Source of the DNA: Actinobacteria bacterium UBA7524
GTDB lineage: Bacteria; Actinomycetota; Coriobacteriia; Anaerosomatales; UBA912
Assembly: GCA_002478275.1 (NCBI GenBank)
Contig: DLMY01000036.1
Span: forward strand, 1 to 64,000
DNA length: 64,000 nt
Direction of reading: 5' to 3'
Numbering within the stretch: the stretch's first letter is position 1; every line of letters begins with the position of its first letter. Positions 51,249 to 61,274 of this stretch are shown here, piece by piece. The notes beneath the pieces were generated by a model. That model had not been told where the DNA came from, ran no database searches, and worked only from the letters and a program-made list of their open reading frames with translations. A program made the translations under genes and the position numbers.

Positions 51249-51488
51249 TCACGCATTCGCAACGATGAACGCGACCGCATCACCTACGGTCTTGATGTTC
51301 TCAGCTTCCTCGTCGGGAATGGAGATGCCGAACGATTCCTCAAGAGCCATCACCAACTCGACTATGTCGAGCGAGTCGGCACCAAGATCATCGATGAACG
51401 ATGCCTCTTCGGTGACGTCATCCTCCTCGACACTGAGCTGGTCGACGATGACTTCTTTGACCTTATCGAAGATCTCCTCGTTTTCCAC
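51249..51488 (-). CDS. acpP: Acyl carrier protein
   Basis: [22 protein letters not shown]. Confidence 0.98.
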   Translation of the reverse strand: MENEEIFDKVKEVIVDQLSVEEDDVTEEASFIDDLGADSLDIVELVMALEESFGISIPDEEAENIKTVGDAVAFIVANA

Positions 51489-51547
51489 TACGTGCACACC
51501 TCCTTCCCGTCCGGCGCGATGCCGGTTCAACTCCTCGTGGCGACACT

Positions 51548-52300
51548 TTAGACGAACGTCATGCCCCCGTCGACAGCAAGGACCTGACCGGTGACGTAGC
51601 GTGCTGAATCAGACGCCAGATAGGCGACCGCAGCCGCCACATCTCCGGGTGTACCGAACCGGCGCATCGCGATCTGGGCGAGCGCCGCTTCGCAAACCGG
51701 TTCCGGTAGGACAGAGGTCATGTCCGTCTCGATGAATCCGGGCGCCACTGCGTTCACACGCACTCCGCGCGGTGCAAGCTCCCTGGCCACAGACTTGGTG
51801 AGTCCGATGATGCCGGCCTTGGCCGCAGCGTAGTTGGACTGGCCCGCGTTCCCGACGAGCCCGATGACAGAAGCCACGTTGACGATGGCGCCGGAACGCT
51901 GTTTCATCATGTGTTTGGCTGCAGCGCGGGTGACTGCGAACGCGCCACTGAGATTGGTGCGAATCACATCATTCCAGTCGTCATCAGACATCCGGACGAT
52001 CAGTCCGTCACGAGTGATGCCAGCATTGTTCACAACGATGTCGAGGCGCCCGAATTCGCTCAAAGCGCTGTCGACCAGGGCCGATGCCGACGACATGTCG
52101 GAGATGTCGGCCTGTAATGCCACTGCTCTTCCTCCGGCACTGGTGATCCTGTCCACTACCTCGCGTGCAGCGTCGACGCTGCCCGAGTAGTTGACTGCGA
52201 CCGCGCCTCCTCGACGGGCCAACTCCTCACAGACGGCTGCTCCGATTCCTCTGGACCCGCCCGTGACCAGGACACACTTGTCTTCGAAGTCAGCGATCAT
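51548..52300 (-). CDS. fabG: 3-oxoacyl-ACP reductase
   Basis: [35 protein letters not shown]. Confidence 0.97.
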   Translation of the reverse strand: MIADFEDKCVLVTGGSRGIGAAVCEELARRGGAVAVNYSGSVDAAREVVDRITSAGGRAVALQADISDMSSASALVDSALSEFGRLDIVVNNAGITRDGLIVRMSDDDWNDVIRTNLSGAFAVTRAAAKHMMKQRSGAIVNVASVIGLVGNAGQSNYAAAKAGIIGLTKSVARELAPRGVRVNAVAPGFIETDMTSVLPEPVCEAALAQIAMRRFGTPGDVAAAVAYLASDSARYVTGQVLAVDGGMTFV

Positions 52301-53232
52301 GCAACGACCTCCTCAAGAATCCGCTCCAGGCCCGCCTGTTCGACTGAGACCGCACTCAGACCTTCCATACCGCGTGCGAGTCCGGTCAGGACCGCGCCAG
52401 GACCCGACTCGATGGCAACGACGGGACCTTGGGCGGCGATCGCGGTCATGGTCTCGGTCCACCGGACAGGGGCAGTGATCTGCTGTGCGAGGCGCTGTCT
52501 GATGATCCCTGCGTCGAGCGCCGGTGTGGGTTCGGTGTTCTGATACACCGGGATACGGGCGTCCAGGAACTCGGCTCGATAGACAAGGTCCTCGAAAGCG
52601 GAGCGGGCCGGCTCCATCAGCGGTGAGTGGAATGGTCCGGCCACCTTCAGAGGTACGATACGCCTCGCTCCGGCTCCCATGAGCGCCTCTGTGGCGGATT
52701 CGATGCCGGCGTGGGTGCCGGAGATCACCGTTTGTGAGGGCGAATTGTCGTTCGCGACCCACACGCCTGGCATGTCCTGCAACACCGTGGACACGAGATG
52801 GCCCTCCATGCCCAACACCGCGCTCATGCCGCCCGGGGTCGCGGAGGCCACTTGTGCCATCAGTCTCGATCGCTCGACGACCAGTTCAAGGCCGGCTTCG
52901 ATCGAGTAGACACCTGCAAGAGCGAGCGCTGCGAGTTCTCCGAGGCTATGACCGGCGAGCGCGACAGGAGCGACACCGGAACCCGTGAGCAAGGTGCCCC
53001 AGGCCACATCGACAAGGTAGAGCAACGGCTGCGAGACGCGTGTGTCGGCAAGCGCCGCAGGGTCACCGCTGGCTTCATCGGCGATCGCGCGAAGCTCCAT
53101 CCCTGTCAGTGCTTCGGCCGCGTCCAGAAGCCGTCGAAAGTCCTCATCTGCAGAAACGCCCTCAAGCATGCCGAGACGCTGCGACCCCTGCCCCGGGAAG
53201 AGCAGCACCGCCGGAAGACGAGACTCATGCAT
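52297..53232 (-). CDS. fabD: Malonyl-CoA:ACP transacylase
   Basis: FPGQGSQ, GHSLGE, GPFHSPLM, PVRW. Confidence 0.96.
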   Translation of the reverse strand: MHESRLPAVLLFPGQGSQRLGMLEGVSADEDFRRLLDAAEALTGMELRAIADEASGDPAALADTRVSQPLLYLVDVAWGTLLTGSGVAPVALAGHSLGELAALALAGVYSIEAGLELVVERSRLMAQVASATPGGMSAVLGMEGHLVSTVLQDMPGVWVANDNSPSQTVISGTHAGIESATEALMGAGARRIVPLKVAGPFHSPLMEPARSAFEDLVYRAEFLDARIPVYQNTEPTPALDAGIIRQRLAQQITAPVRWTETMTAIAAQGPVVAIESGPGAVLTGLARGMEGLSAVSVEQAGLERILEEVVA

Positions 53233-54172
53233 CCGGCGACCCCCCGAGAGAGCCGATCACGTTGGCCGCCTCTCGCATCATCTCGTCGATGATCTGACTG
53301 GCCGGCTGGATCGTACAGACCATGGCAGCGGACTGACCGGCCATGAGCGAGCCCATGTCAAGGTCACCTTCGCGCATGGCTACCGCGAGCTTCCCGCTTC
53401 CCAGCTCCTCGATGTCCTCGGGACGATTCTCCCTGTCCAGCTCCACGATCATCCGGGCGAGCTTGTTCTTGATCACCCGGACCGGATGCCCGGTCGAATA
53501 CCCGGTAACGACAGTGTCGCGGTCCTTCGCTTTGATGATGCGGGCCTTGACGTCCGGATGGATGGTGCATTCCTCGGCGCACATGAAACGAGTGCCGACC
53601 TGAACACCCTCGGCGCCCAAGGCGAATGCCGCCGCAACGCCCCGGCCGTCGGCGATGCCGCCAGCGGCGACCACCGGCACGTCGACCGCGTCGACGAGCT
53701 GGGGTGTGAGCACCATGGTCGTCAGTTCACCGATGTGACCGCCGGCCTCCATCCCTTCGCCGATGATAGCGTCGGCCCCGATCGACTCGAGGCGCTTCGC
53801 GAGGGCCACGCTCGGCGCGATGGGCAGGACCTTGATCCCCTTGCCCTTGAGGTCCTCCATGTACTTGCCGGGATTGCCCGCACCTGTGGTGACTACGTGG
53901 ATGCCCTCCTCGAGCACCATGGCGACGATGTCGTCGATGTGCGGAGTAAGAAGCATGAGGTTCACCCCGAAGGGGCGGTCCGTGAGGGCCTTCGCTTTCC
54001 GGATCTGCTCGCGCAGAAGGTCGGTCGGCATGTGGCCCGCACCGATGATACCGAGACCGCCTCCGTTGCTGACCGCCGCAGCGAGCTCCGCAGTGGCCGT
54101 CCAGGCCATACCGCCCTGGATGATCGGATACTCGATGTCGAGAAGCTTCGTCAGCCGAGTCGTGAGTGTCAT
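53225..54172 (-). CDS. fabK: Enoyl-ACP reductase II
   Basis: LLDIEYPIIQGGMAW, PFGVNLML, EGMEAGGHIGELTTMVL, MAGQSA. Confidence 0.93.
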   Translation of the reverse strand: MTLTTRLTKLLDIEYPIIQGGMAWTATAELAAAVSNGGGLGIIGAGHMPTDLLREQIRKAKALTDRPFGVNLMLLTPHIDDIVAMVLEEGIHVVTTGAGNPGKYMEDLKGKGIKVLPIAPSVALAKRLESIGADAIIGEGMEAGGHIGELTTMVLTPQLVDAVDVPVVAAGGIADGRGVAAAFALGAEGVQVGTRFMCAEECTIHPDVKARIIKAKDRDTVVTGYSTGHPVRVIKNKLARMIVELDRENRPEDIEELGSGKLAVAMREGDLDMGSLMAGQSAAMVCTIQPASQIIDEMMREAANVIGSLGGSPDA

Positions 54173-54173
54173 G

Positions 54174-55178
54174 TCATGCCTCCCCGTCAGGCGCCGGCCG
54201 GGTCCATCGCACCACTGCCGCACCCCATGTCAGTCCGGCGCCGAAGCCAACCAGAGCCACGTGCGAGCCGGGCGTGAGTCGTCCGCTAGTATACAGGTCA
54301 TCCAAAGCGAGAGGTATCGACGCGGCAGACGTGTTCCCCGTACTCTCGAGGTGCGAGAAGACGCGCGCATCAGAGATCGCAAGCCTCTCGGCTACCGTGT
54401 TGAGGATGCGCTGGTTGGCCTGATGCGGAATCAGCCAGTCGACGTCGTCGATGGTGAGACCGGACTGTTCGAGTGCCTCCAGGGTGACCTTGGGGATGAC
54501 CCTGACGGCGAACTTGAACACCTCGTTACCGACCATCTTGACGTAGTGCTCCCCTGCCGCGAGGCGTTCCGGGGTCATCGGTGCAGCCGATCCGCCAGCG
54601 GGGATGCGCAGCACATCGGCTCCACCGCCATCGGACCCCAGCACGACGCCCATGACGCCGGGCTCCTCTGCGGCACGCAGCACGACAGCGCCGGCACCAT
54701 CACCGAACAGAACGCATGTGCTGCGGTCGGTGAAGTCGACATGCCTCGTCAGCGCATCGGCTCCGATCACCAGCACGGTCGTCGCCCTGCCGGCCTCGAT
54801 CGAAGCTGTGGCGCTGCTGAGCGCGTAGATGAAGCCAGTGCACGCGGCCATCACGTCGTACGCGGGGCATGTGGCACCCAACTTCTTCTGGGTGAGGCAC
54901 GCCGTCGAGGGGAATACGTGATCGGGGCTGGACGTTCCGACTACAAGCATATCGAGGTCCGATGGCACGAGACCGGCGTCCTCCAGTGCGCGAAGCCCTG
55001 CGGCCACGGCCAGGTCACTCGTAGCCTGACCGGGGGCGGCGAGTCGGCGTTCGCGTATGCCACTGCGCGTCACGATCCACTCGTCGGAAGTGTCCACCAT
55101 GCCCTCAAGTTCCGCATTGGTCATGATGCGCTCAGGCAGATATGATCCGATGCCGACGATCTCGGCATGTCGCTTCAT
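54174..55178 (-). CDS. fabH: 3-oxoacyl-ACP synthase III
   Basis: DTSDEWI, AACTGF, LFGDGAGA, PHQANQRI, GNTSAASIP, GFGAGLTWG. Confidence 0.97.
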   Translation of the reverse strand: MKRHAEIVGIGSYLPERIMTNAELEGMVDTSDEWIVTRSGIRERRLAAPGQATSDLAVAAGLRALEDAGLVPSDLDMLVVGTSSPDHVFPSTACLTQKKLGATCPAYDVMAACTGFIYALSSATASIEAGRATTVLVIGADALTRHVDFTDRSTCVLFGDGAGAVVLRAAEEPGVMGVVLGSDGGGADVLRIPAGGSAAPMTPERLAAGEHYVKMVGNEVFKFAVRVIPKVTLEALEQSGLTIDDVDWLIPHQANQRILNTVAERLAISDARVFSHLESTGNTSAASIPLALDDLYTSGRLTPGSHVALVGFGAGLTWGAAVVRWTRPAPDGEA

Positions 55179-55239
55179 GCGTGATGTCTCCTTGATCGAG
55201 TCGATGTCCTCGGAGCGATGTCCGAGTAGTGTACACGCC

Positions 55240-56232
55240 TCAGACCGCTTGGGATATGCGCCCCGTGAGGTCTGCCCTGACAGCGGTGGCTGCGACATCG
55301 AGTGCAGCTGCCACCGCACGGTCGCTCGATGAACCGTGGCCGATGATACAAACGCCGTTGACGCCCAGTAGCGGCGCACCGCCGTAGGTGTCCGGGTTCA
55401 AACGGTCTTTGAGCCGTGCGAGGGACGGGCGGGTAAGTGCTGCAGCCAGCGAAGTGACGACGTTAGCCGTCAACGCCTCCTTCACCTGGCCAAGCAAGGT
55501 GGCACTGACCCCTTCCAGCACCTTGAGCACGACGTTGCCGGTGAAACCATCGGTGACGATGACGTCGGCCACGCCCGCCGTCACATCCCTTCCCTCGACG
55601 TTGCCCATGAATCCGGCGACCTGGTTGGCCATGAGCCCGTGGGCCTCGACAGCCAGCTGGGAGCCCTTGCTCGGCTCTTCGCCGATATTGAGCAGGGCGA
55701 TGCGGGGAGCTGATACGCCAAGAACCGTCTCGGCGTACAGGGCGCCCATGCGCGCGAACTGAACCAGGTACTCGGGCTTGCAGTCAGCGTTGGCCCCTAC
55801 GTCCAGGAGCACCACCGGTGCGCCGACCGTGGGGATGATGGTTGCGATAGCAGGTCTATGGATCCCGTCGACCCTACCCATGGTGAGCGTAGCGGCTGCC
55901 ATGCAGGCACCGGTGTTGCCTGCCGAGAAGAAGGCGTCCGCAGCACCTTCTCTCACCAGACGGCAGCCCACGACGATCGAGGAGTCCTTCTTCGCTCGGA
56001 CCGATTGCGCGGCGGGCTCAGCCATACCGATCGACTCATGCGCCACCACAGGTTCGCAGCGGTCGTGAGCGGCGGCGTACGGTTCGACGACGGCTGCCGG
56101 GCCGACCAGGCACACGTGCAGCGCGGGGTCGGCTTCAAGCGCACTCTCGACCCCGCCGAGGACCGTTCCAGGGGCCCTGTCTCCTCCGATGGCATCGACG
56201 GCGACCCTTACAGTACCCGCGTGCGTCATCAT
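55240..56232 (-). CDS. plsX: Phosphate acyltransferase
   Basis: VAVDAIGGDRAP, SAGNTGA, LLDVGAN, NIGEEPSKG, DGFTGNV, GGAPLLG. Confidence 0.97.
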   Translation of the reverse strand: MMTHAGTVRVAVDAIGGDRAPGTVLGGVESALEADPALHVCLVGPAAVVEPYAAAHDRCEPVVAHESIGMAEPAAQSVRAKKDSSIVVGCRLVREGAADAFFSAGNTGACMAAATLTMGRVDGIHRPAIATIIPTVGAPVVLLDVGANADCKPEYLVQFARMGALYAETVLGVSAPRIALLNIGEEPSKGSQLAVEAHGLMANQVAGFMGNVEGRDVTAGVADVIVTDGFTGNVVLKVLEGVSATLLGQVKEALTANVVTSLAAALTRPSLARLKDRLNPDTYGGAPLLGVNGVCIIGHGSSSDRAVAAALDVAATAVRADLTGRISQAV

Positions 56233-56251
56233 TCTCCCTTTAGGTGGACCG

Positions 56252-57319
56252 TCATGCGACGCCGAACTGGTCGGCCAGTAGCCCCTGTGTGTCCACAGAG
56301 GCCATGAACATCTCGCGCATTCTATCAGCCTTTGCCGGATCATGTAGCCTTACCCTGCCGAGGAGACCCTCCATCTTCTCCACGGCGGTGAGAGTATCCA
56401 TCCCGACGAGCACCATCGGGACCCCGATCTCCTCGGCACGTGCGAGTACGAGACTCGATGGAGACAGGTTTCCCGTCAGTACGATGCAATTGGTGTCGGT
56501 CTCGAGCGCGGCGAGCTGGACGTCGGAGCGGTCCCCGCCTGTGATGACCGCCTTGCGGGCCTTGCGCCGGAAGAAGCGCAACGCCTTGTCCTGCCCCATC
56601 GCGCCTACCATGAAGGACTCCACAGGGACGTTGACGTGTTGTTCGGCTGCCAGGACCGTTCCCTGGAGAGCCTCAACGATCTCCGCGACAGTGACGGAGG
56701 AGAGCAGCGGGTCGTGCGGGATGGCCCCGTATACCCTGACGTCGCGCTTGCACAGATACGAGGATATCTCGTTCTCGAAGAACCCGAGAATGGATTCGGG
56801 TACGGCGTTGAAGACGACTCCTCCCAATGCTTCCCCGAGACAATCAAGGCTCCACAGTATCGCGTCGGGCAGATCCACTTGCGTGGGGCGGTCGACGAGT
56901 AGAACGCGGCCATCGAGTAACTCAGCGAGTGAACAGAGGTTCACACCGAGCGCCGATCCTTGCGATATGTCGCTGGGGCCTTCAACGATCATGAACTCCG
57001 CATCCTGGGATGCGCGTGAGAAGGCCGAGCGTACCTTCGGCAGCATGGACTCGGCGCGCCCTGTGAGGACCTCCTCGACCATGATCCGGGATTCGACGAT
57101 GGGGCAGACGGCTTCCAGTGGTACGGTCGCGGTCGAGTGCGACCGGATGAAAGCGGCGTCCTGGTCGGTCAGAACGCCGTCGATGGTGACCGGCATCGTC
57201 CCGTACGGCTTGAAGTAGCCGACTCGTGCTCCCCGTGAAGCGAGCATCGCCTGTAAGACGAGACAGATGCCGCTCTTTCCTGAATAGGGACGCGTGGACG
57301 ACACTATCAAAGTCTTCAT
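56252..57319 (-). CDS. Stand-alone BioD-like/DRTGG protein (N-terminal part of long-form phosphotransacetylase)
   Basis: YSGKS P-loop, VGYFKP, IVEG, VITGGDRSD, IVLTG; no PTA catalytic domain. Confidence 0.85.
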   Translation of the reverse strand: MKTLIVSSTRPYSGKSGICLVLQAMLASRGARVGYFKPYGTMPVTIDGVLTDQDAAFIRSHSTATVPLEAVCPIVESRIMVEEVLTGRAESMLPKVRSAFSRASQDAEFMIVEGPSDISQGSALGVNLCSLAELLDGRVLLVDRPTQVDLPDAILWSLDCLGEALGGVVFNAVPESILGFFENEISSYLCKRDVRVYGAIPHDPLLSSVTVAEIVEALQGTVLAAEQHVNVPVESFMVGAMGQDKALRFFRRKARKAVITGGDRSDVQLAALETDTNCIVLTGNLSPSSLVLARAEEIGVPMVLVGMDTLTAVEKMEGLLGRVRLHDPAKADRMREMFMASVDTQGLLADQFGVA

Positions 57320-59415
57320 CTCGAGCCTCCGATACCGATCCTGATGTCAGCAGCGACTGAACCCTGACCGGCATCGCCGACGATCAGGGGGTTGATGTCC
57401 AACTCGACGACCTGTGGGAATTCGGTTACCAGTGCGGACACAGCCACGATCGCGTCCACGATCGAGTCGATGTCGGCCGACGGACGCCCTCGCACCCCAC
57501 GGAGGATCCCGTACGAGCGGATCTCCGTGATCATGTTGGCCGCCTCGCGTGGAGTCACCGGACACAGTCTGAACGTGACGTCCTTGAGCACTTCTACGCC
57601 TATGCCGCCCGAACCGAACATCAGGACGGGTCCGAAGGTCGGGTCGCGGTCGACCCCGATGATCACCTCACGCCCCCGGGAGACGAACTCCTGCAGATGC
57701 AGGCCCTCCACATGAGCATCCGGCGCATACGACCGCGCTCGCGACATGATGTGGTCGTATGCTTCGAGCAACTCCTTGTCGCTGGTGATCCCTGTGCGTA
57801 CGCCGCCGACATCCGTCTTGTGCAAGATATCAGGACTGGCGATCTTGGCTACAAGGGGGTACCCGAGCTCCCCGGCAAGACGCAGAGCTGCGCTGTGGTC
57901 GGCAGCTACTCCTTCCCGGGGAACCGTGATCCCGTACGCTGCTGCGATGCGAGACGCCGCATGCTCGGTCACGAAAGCATGGTTCGATGCGCGAGCCTCC
58001 TGAAGTATCGCCGAGACTGTCGCTTTGTCTGCATGGCGGTCCGGATGCGAAGTGCGATCCTGCACGCGGTGACTCATGTAGGCATTCATTCCGGCGAGCA
58101 CGTCTACCGCGCGTTCCGGAAACGGGAAGTTGGGCACGTCTGCTGTGGCGAGCACGTCCAATGCGCCGCCCAGACTCTTCCCGCCCATGAAGCAGGAGAA
58201 GAAGGTCTTGTCAGATAGCACGGCTACCTCTGCGATCGCTTCTGCGATCCCTTCTGGCGCGGTCATGGCTTGCGGGGTCACGATACACAACAGACTGCCG
58301 ACCCCGGGGTCATCTGCAACGATCCTGAGGACATCACGGTAGAGAGCGGGCTGCGCATCTCCCAGGATGTCGACGGGGTTGTAGAGAGCCGCTGCAGCCG
58401 GAGCTATCGCCCGGATCGCTTCGATGGTCTCGTGCTCGAACGAGGCCAGGGCGACTTCGTGCTCCTCGCATGAATCGGTGGCTATGACAGCAGGTCCGCC
58501 TGCGTTGGTGATGATTGCCAGACCGCCCGTGCCAGGGAGCGGTTGGCGAGAGAACGCGGATGCCAGGTCGAAGAGATGCTCGACGCTGTGGGCCTTGACG
58601 AACCCGGCCTTGAGGAATGCAGCGTCGTAGGCAGCCCGCGAACCCGCGAGACTGCCGGTATGTGATGAGACCGCTCGCGCGCCTGCATCCGATGTCCCGG
58701 ATTTCAAGACGACGGTTGGCTTGGTAGCGAGCACCTTGCGGGCGACTTCGAGAAGCCGCGCACCCTCGGCAACGGACTCGACGTACAGGGCGATGACACG
58801 GGTCCGGGGGTCCTGAGCGCAGGCATCGAGCAGATCGGCCTCGTCGATGTCTGCCCTGTTCCCGAGCGAAACGAAATGGGACAGCCCGATCCTCTCAGAA
58901 GCCGCCCAGTCGAGAATCGCCGTACCCAGGGCGCCGGACTGAGAGATGAACGCGACTCCGCCCTCGGGGGGCATCGTCGCCGAAAACGATGCGTTCATGC
59001 GCGAGTGAGTGGACAGGAGCCCGAGACAATTCGGTCCGAGTATCCGGACTCCGCCTTTGAGCGCCGTGGCAACGATCTCGCGCTCGAGTGCCGCACCGTC
59101 CGGCCCACTCTCCTTGAAGCCTGCGGTGATGATGACTGCGGTCGGTACTTGCGCGGCTGCGCAATCTTCGATCACAGAGCCGACCTTCGCCGAAGGAACG
59201 GCGATGACCGCGAGATCGGGTCGCTCGGGAATCGCCCGGACGTCCGGGTAGCACGTCACGCCATGTATCTCGCTGGCCTTGGGGTTCACGGGATAGATGG
59301 CTCCCGGGTATCCGCCGCTGCGAAGGTTGTCGAATATGAAGTGGCCGACCTTGCCCTCTTCGCGGGCAACGCCGACCACGGCTATGGATCTAGGTGCGAA
59401 CAGCTCGTCGAGCAA
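57316..59415 (-). CDS. ADP-forming acetate/acyl-CoA ligase, fused alpha-beta subunits
   Basis: PRSIAVVG, GPNCLG, SQSGA, SHTGSLAG (phospho-His), TNAGG, NPVD, ATP-grasp ILHKTDVGGV, ELDINPL; no GNAT domain. Confidence 0.92.
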   Translation of the reverse strand: MLDELFAPRSIAVVGVAREEGKVGHFIFDNLRSGGYPGAIYPVNPKASEIHGVTCYPDVRAIPERPDLAVIAVPSAKVGSVIEDCAAAQVPTAVIITAGFKESGPDGAALEREIVATALKGGVRILGPNCLGLLSTHSRMNASFSATMPPEGGVAFISQSGALGTAILDWAASERIGLSHFVSLGNRADIDEADLLDACAQDPRTRVIALYVESVAEGARLLEVARKVLATKPTVVLKSGTSDAGARAVSSHTGSLAGSRAAYDAAFLKAGFVKAHSVEHLFDLASAFSRQPLPGTGGLAIITNAGGPAVIATDSCEEHEVALASFEHETIEAIRAIAPAAAALYNPVDILGDAQPALYRDVLRIVADDPGVGSLLCIVTPQAMTAPEGIAEAIAEVAVLSDKTFFSCFMGGKSLGGALDVLATADVPNFPFPERAVDVLAGMNAYMSHRVQDRTSHPDRHADKATVSAILQEARASNHAFVTEHAASRIAAAYGITVPREGVAADHSAALRLAGELGYPLVAKIASPDILHKTDVGGVRTGITSDKELLEAYDHIMSRARSYAPDAHVEGLHLQEFVSRGREVIIGVDRDPTFGPVLMFGSGGIGVEVLKDVTFRLCPVTPREAANMITEIRSYGILRGVRGRPSADIDSIVDAIVAVSALVTEFPQVVELDINPLIVGDAGQGSVAADIRIGIGGSR

Positions 59416-59454
59416 CCCTGGACGCCCTTCCCTGGTGCCGACATAAGATATGCG

Positions 59455-59631
59455 CTACTCGGTGTCGATTACCTCTTTGCCGTTATAGTACCCGCACTCG
59501 GCACATACCCGATGCGGGAGTTTCGGCTGATGGCATTGTGGGCAGGTCGACTTGGCGGGCGCTTCGATGATATGTGTCGACCGGCGCGAGTGCGTCTTCG
59601 AGCGGCCTGTTTTCCTCTTGGGGACTGGCAT
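59455..59631 (-). CDS. rpmF: 50S ribosomal protein L32 (zinc-binding form)
   Basis: MPVPKRKT, CPQC...PHRVCAECGYY. Confidence 0.98.
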   Translation of the reverse strand: MPVPKRKTGRSKTHSRRSTHIIEAPAKSTCPQCHQPKLPHRVCAECGYYNGKEVIDTE

Positions 59632-59729
59632 CTTTCCTCGTGCTCCTTTCGGCGGGGTCACATACCCCGGCGGCTGTCCTTGGCTCATCCGGTCATCGGC
59701 CACAGGGCCGTGGAACCAGACGGTCGCAC

Positions 59730-59740
59730 ATGATATCACA
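59730..59740 (-). promoter_or_regulatory. Extended -10 promoter for the rpmF-lipid operon
   Basis: TGTGaTATCAT; the identical 11-mer occurs upstream of smc (48232-48242). Confidence 0.6.
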
Positions 59741-59756
59741 CGGACGCCACGGACGG

Positions 59757-60293
59757 TCACTCTGGCGTGTCTGCGTCCTCCAGTAAGCTCTTGAGCACGC
59801 CGAACGGGCCCTCGGTCGACGTGTCGGGAGTACACCCGCATGCGCCCTGGTTGAGATCACACCCGCACGTCGGACAGATGCCCATGCAGTCTTCGGCGTG
59901 CAGAGGCGCGAGAGGCAATTCCACCCTGATAGCAGCGAGGACAGCGGGCATCAGGTCCACGGAGTCGTCCGTGAGCGGTTCCCACTCCTGATCCTCGGGC
60001 AGACCCTCGGCGTGCTGAGGGGTGGTGTAGAGGCCCTCCACTGAACCCTTGACGTGAAGGACGAACGACTCGAGGCAGCGGGAACAGTCGGTCCGCAGGT
60101 CGATGAGAGCGTGCCCTTGTGCGACCACTCCCGTACCCGTGTTGGTGAGATTGACATCCAGCTTCACCGGACCTGCCGGGTCGAACGTGATGTCTCCGAA
60201 TTCGATAGCGTCGATGGACACGTCGGCCTCGACCGCGACGGAAGCGCCAAGGTCATGCAGGATGTCTCCGACGTCTACGCGATAGGGCTCCAT
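59757..60293 (-). CDS. yceD: YceD/DUF177 protein
   Basis: CSRCL, CMGICPTCGCDLN, C-x-C; upstream of rpmF. Confidence 0.92.
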   Translation of the reverse strand: MEPYRVDVGDILHDLGASVAVEADVSIDAIEFGDITFDPAGPVKLDVNLTNTGTGVVAQGHALIDLRTDCSRCLESFVLHVKGSVEGLYTTPQHAEGLPEDQEWEPLTDDSVDLMPAVLAAIRVELPLAPLHAEDCMGICPTCGCDLNQGACGCTPDTSTEGPFGVLKSLLEDADTPE

Positions 60294-60308
60294 GATGGAT
60301 ACAGCGCG

Positions 60309-60770
60309 CTACTGGCGCTGGCCGCCCACCTTCCCCTGAAGGCGATCGCGTCCGCGCTGTACGGCAGTCAGCAGCTTGCCGAGGTTCACTTCGAGATTCG
60401 CCAGCATCTCGTCGGCGTAGTCCTCTGCACCGAGACGGATCTCCCGCTCCTTGGCACGGGCATCATCGAGGATAGCGGCCGCCTGCTGCTCGCTCATCTT
60501 GACGATCTCTTGCTCACTCGCGATCGCCTGGGCGCGATCTCTCGCTTCTTCCAGGATGCGGTTGGCTTCCTTCTCCGCCTCCTCGAGCATCTCCTGGCGC
60601 TCCTTGACGATCCAGCGCGCCTGCTTCAGCTCGTCCGGGAACTGAGCCCGGATCTCATCGATGATCTCGTAGACCTTCTCGGGATCGACCATCTTGGAGC
60701 TGGCGAACGGCAGCGACCTTCCGCTGTCCACGAGCTCTTCGATCCGGTCTATCAAGGCCATGATGTCCAT
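60309..60770 (-). CDS. sepIVA: DivIVA-like coiled-coil protein (SepIVA-like)
   Basis: Coiled coil with P-x-E-L-x-Q-A and GAEDYADEML motifs; coaD-X-yceD context as in Actinobacteria. Confidence 0.7.
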   Translation of the reverse strand: MDIMALIDRIEELVDSGRSLPFASSKMVDPEKVYEIIDEIRAQFPDELKQARWIVKERQEMLEEAEKEANRILEEARDRAQAIASEQEIVKMSEQQAAAILDDARAKEREIRLGAEDYADEMLANLEVNLGKLLTAVQRGRDRLQGKVGGQRQ

Positions 60771-60782
60771 ATAGGTCCTCCC

Positions 60783-61274
60783 TCAGCGGGACGATGTCAG
60801 CCTGTCACGCAGCTGCATGCTCACTATTTCCGGTACTAATCCTCGTACATCCCCCCCGTGCCTGGCGATCTCTTTGACCGCCGAGGAGCTCAGGTACATG
60901 TACTCAGGTATCGCCATTATGAACATCGTCTCGATCTTGCTGTCGAGGCGGTAGTTCAGTTGTGCCATCTGGAACTCACGTTCGAAGTCGGTCACGGCTC
61001 TCAGACCCTTGATGATCACCGATGCCCCTACCTCGTGTGCAAGATCCACCAATAGGGTATCAAAAGGACGCACCGATACGTTAGGGAGATGCGCGGTCGC
61101 GTTCTCGATGAAGGAGACCCGCTCTTCGATCGTGAACAGAGGTCCTCCGCCCTTGTCCGGACTCAGGGCGACACCGACCACGAGTTCGTCGACTATGCCC
61201 GACGCGCGCTCGATGATGTCGAGATGTCCCGATGTGACTGGGTCGAACGTGCCCGGACACAGTCCGCGCTTCAT
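60783..61274 (-). CDS. coaD: Phosphopantetheine adenylyltransferase
   Basis: PGTFDPVTSGH, KGLRAVTDFE, SSSAVKEIA. Confidence 0.98.
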   Translation of the reverse strand: MKRGLCPGTFDPVTSGHLDIIERASGIVDELVVGVALSPDKGGGPLFTIEERVSFIENATAHLPNVSVRPFDTLLVDLAHEVGASVIIKGLRAVTDFEREFQMAQLNYRLDSKIETMFIMAIPEYMYLSSSAVKEIARHGGDVRGLVPEIVSMQLRDRLTSSR

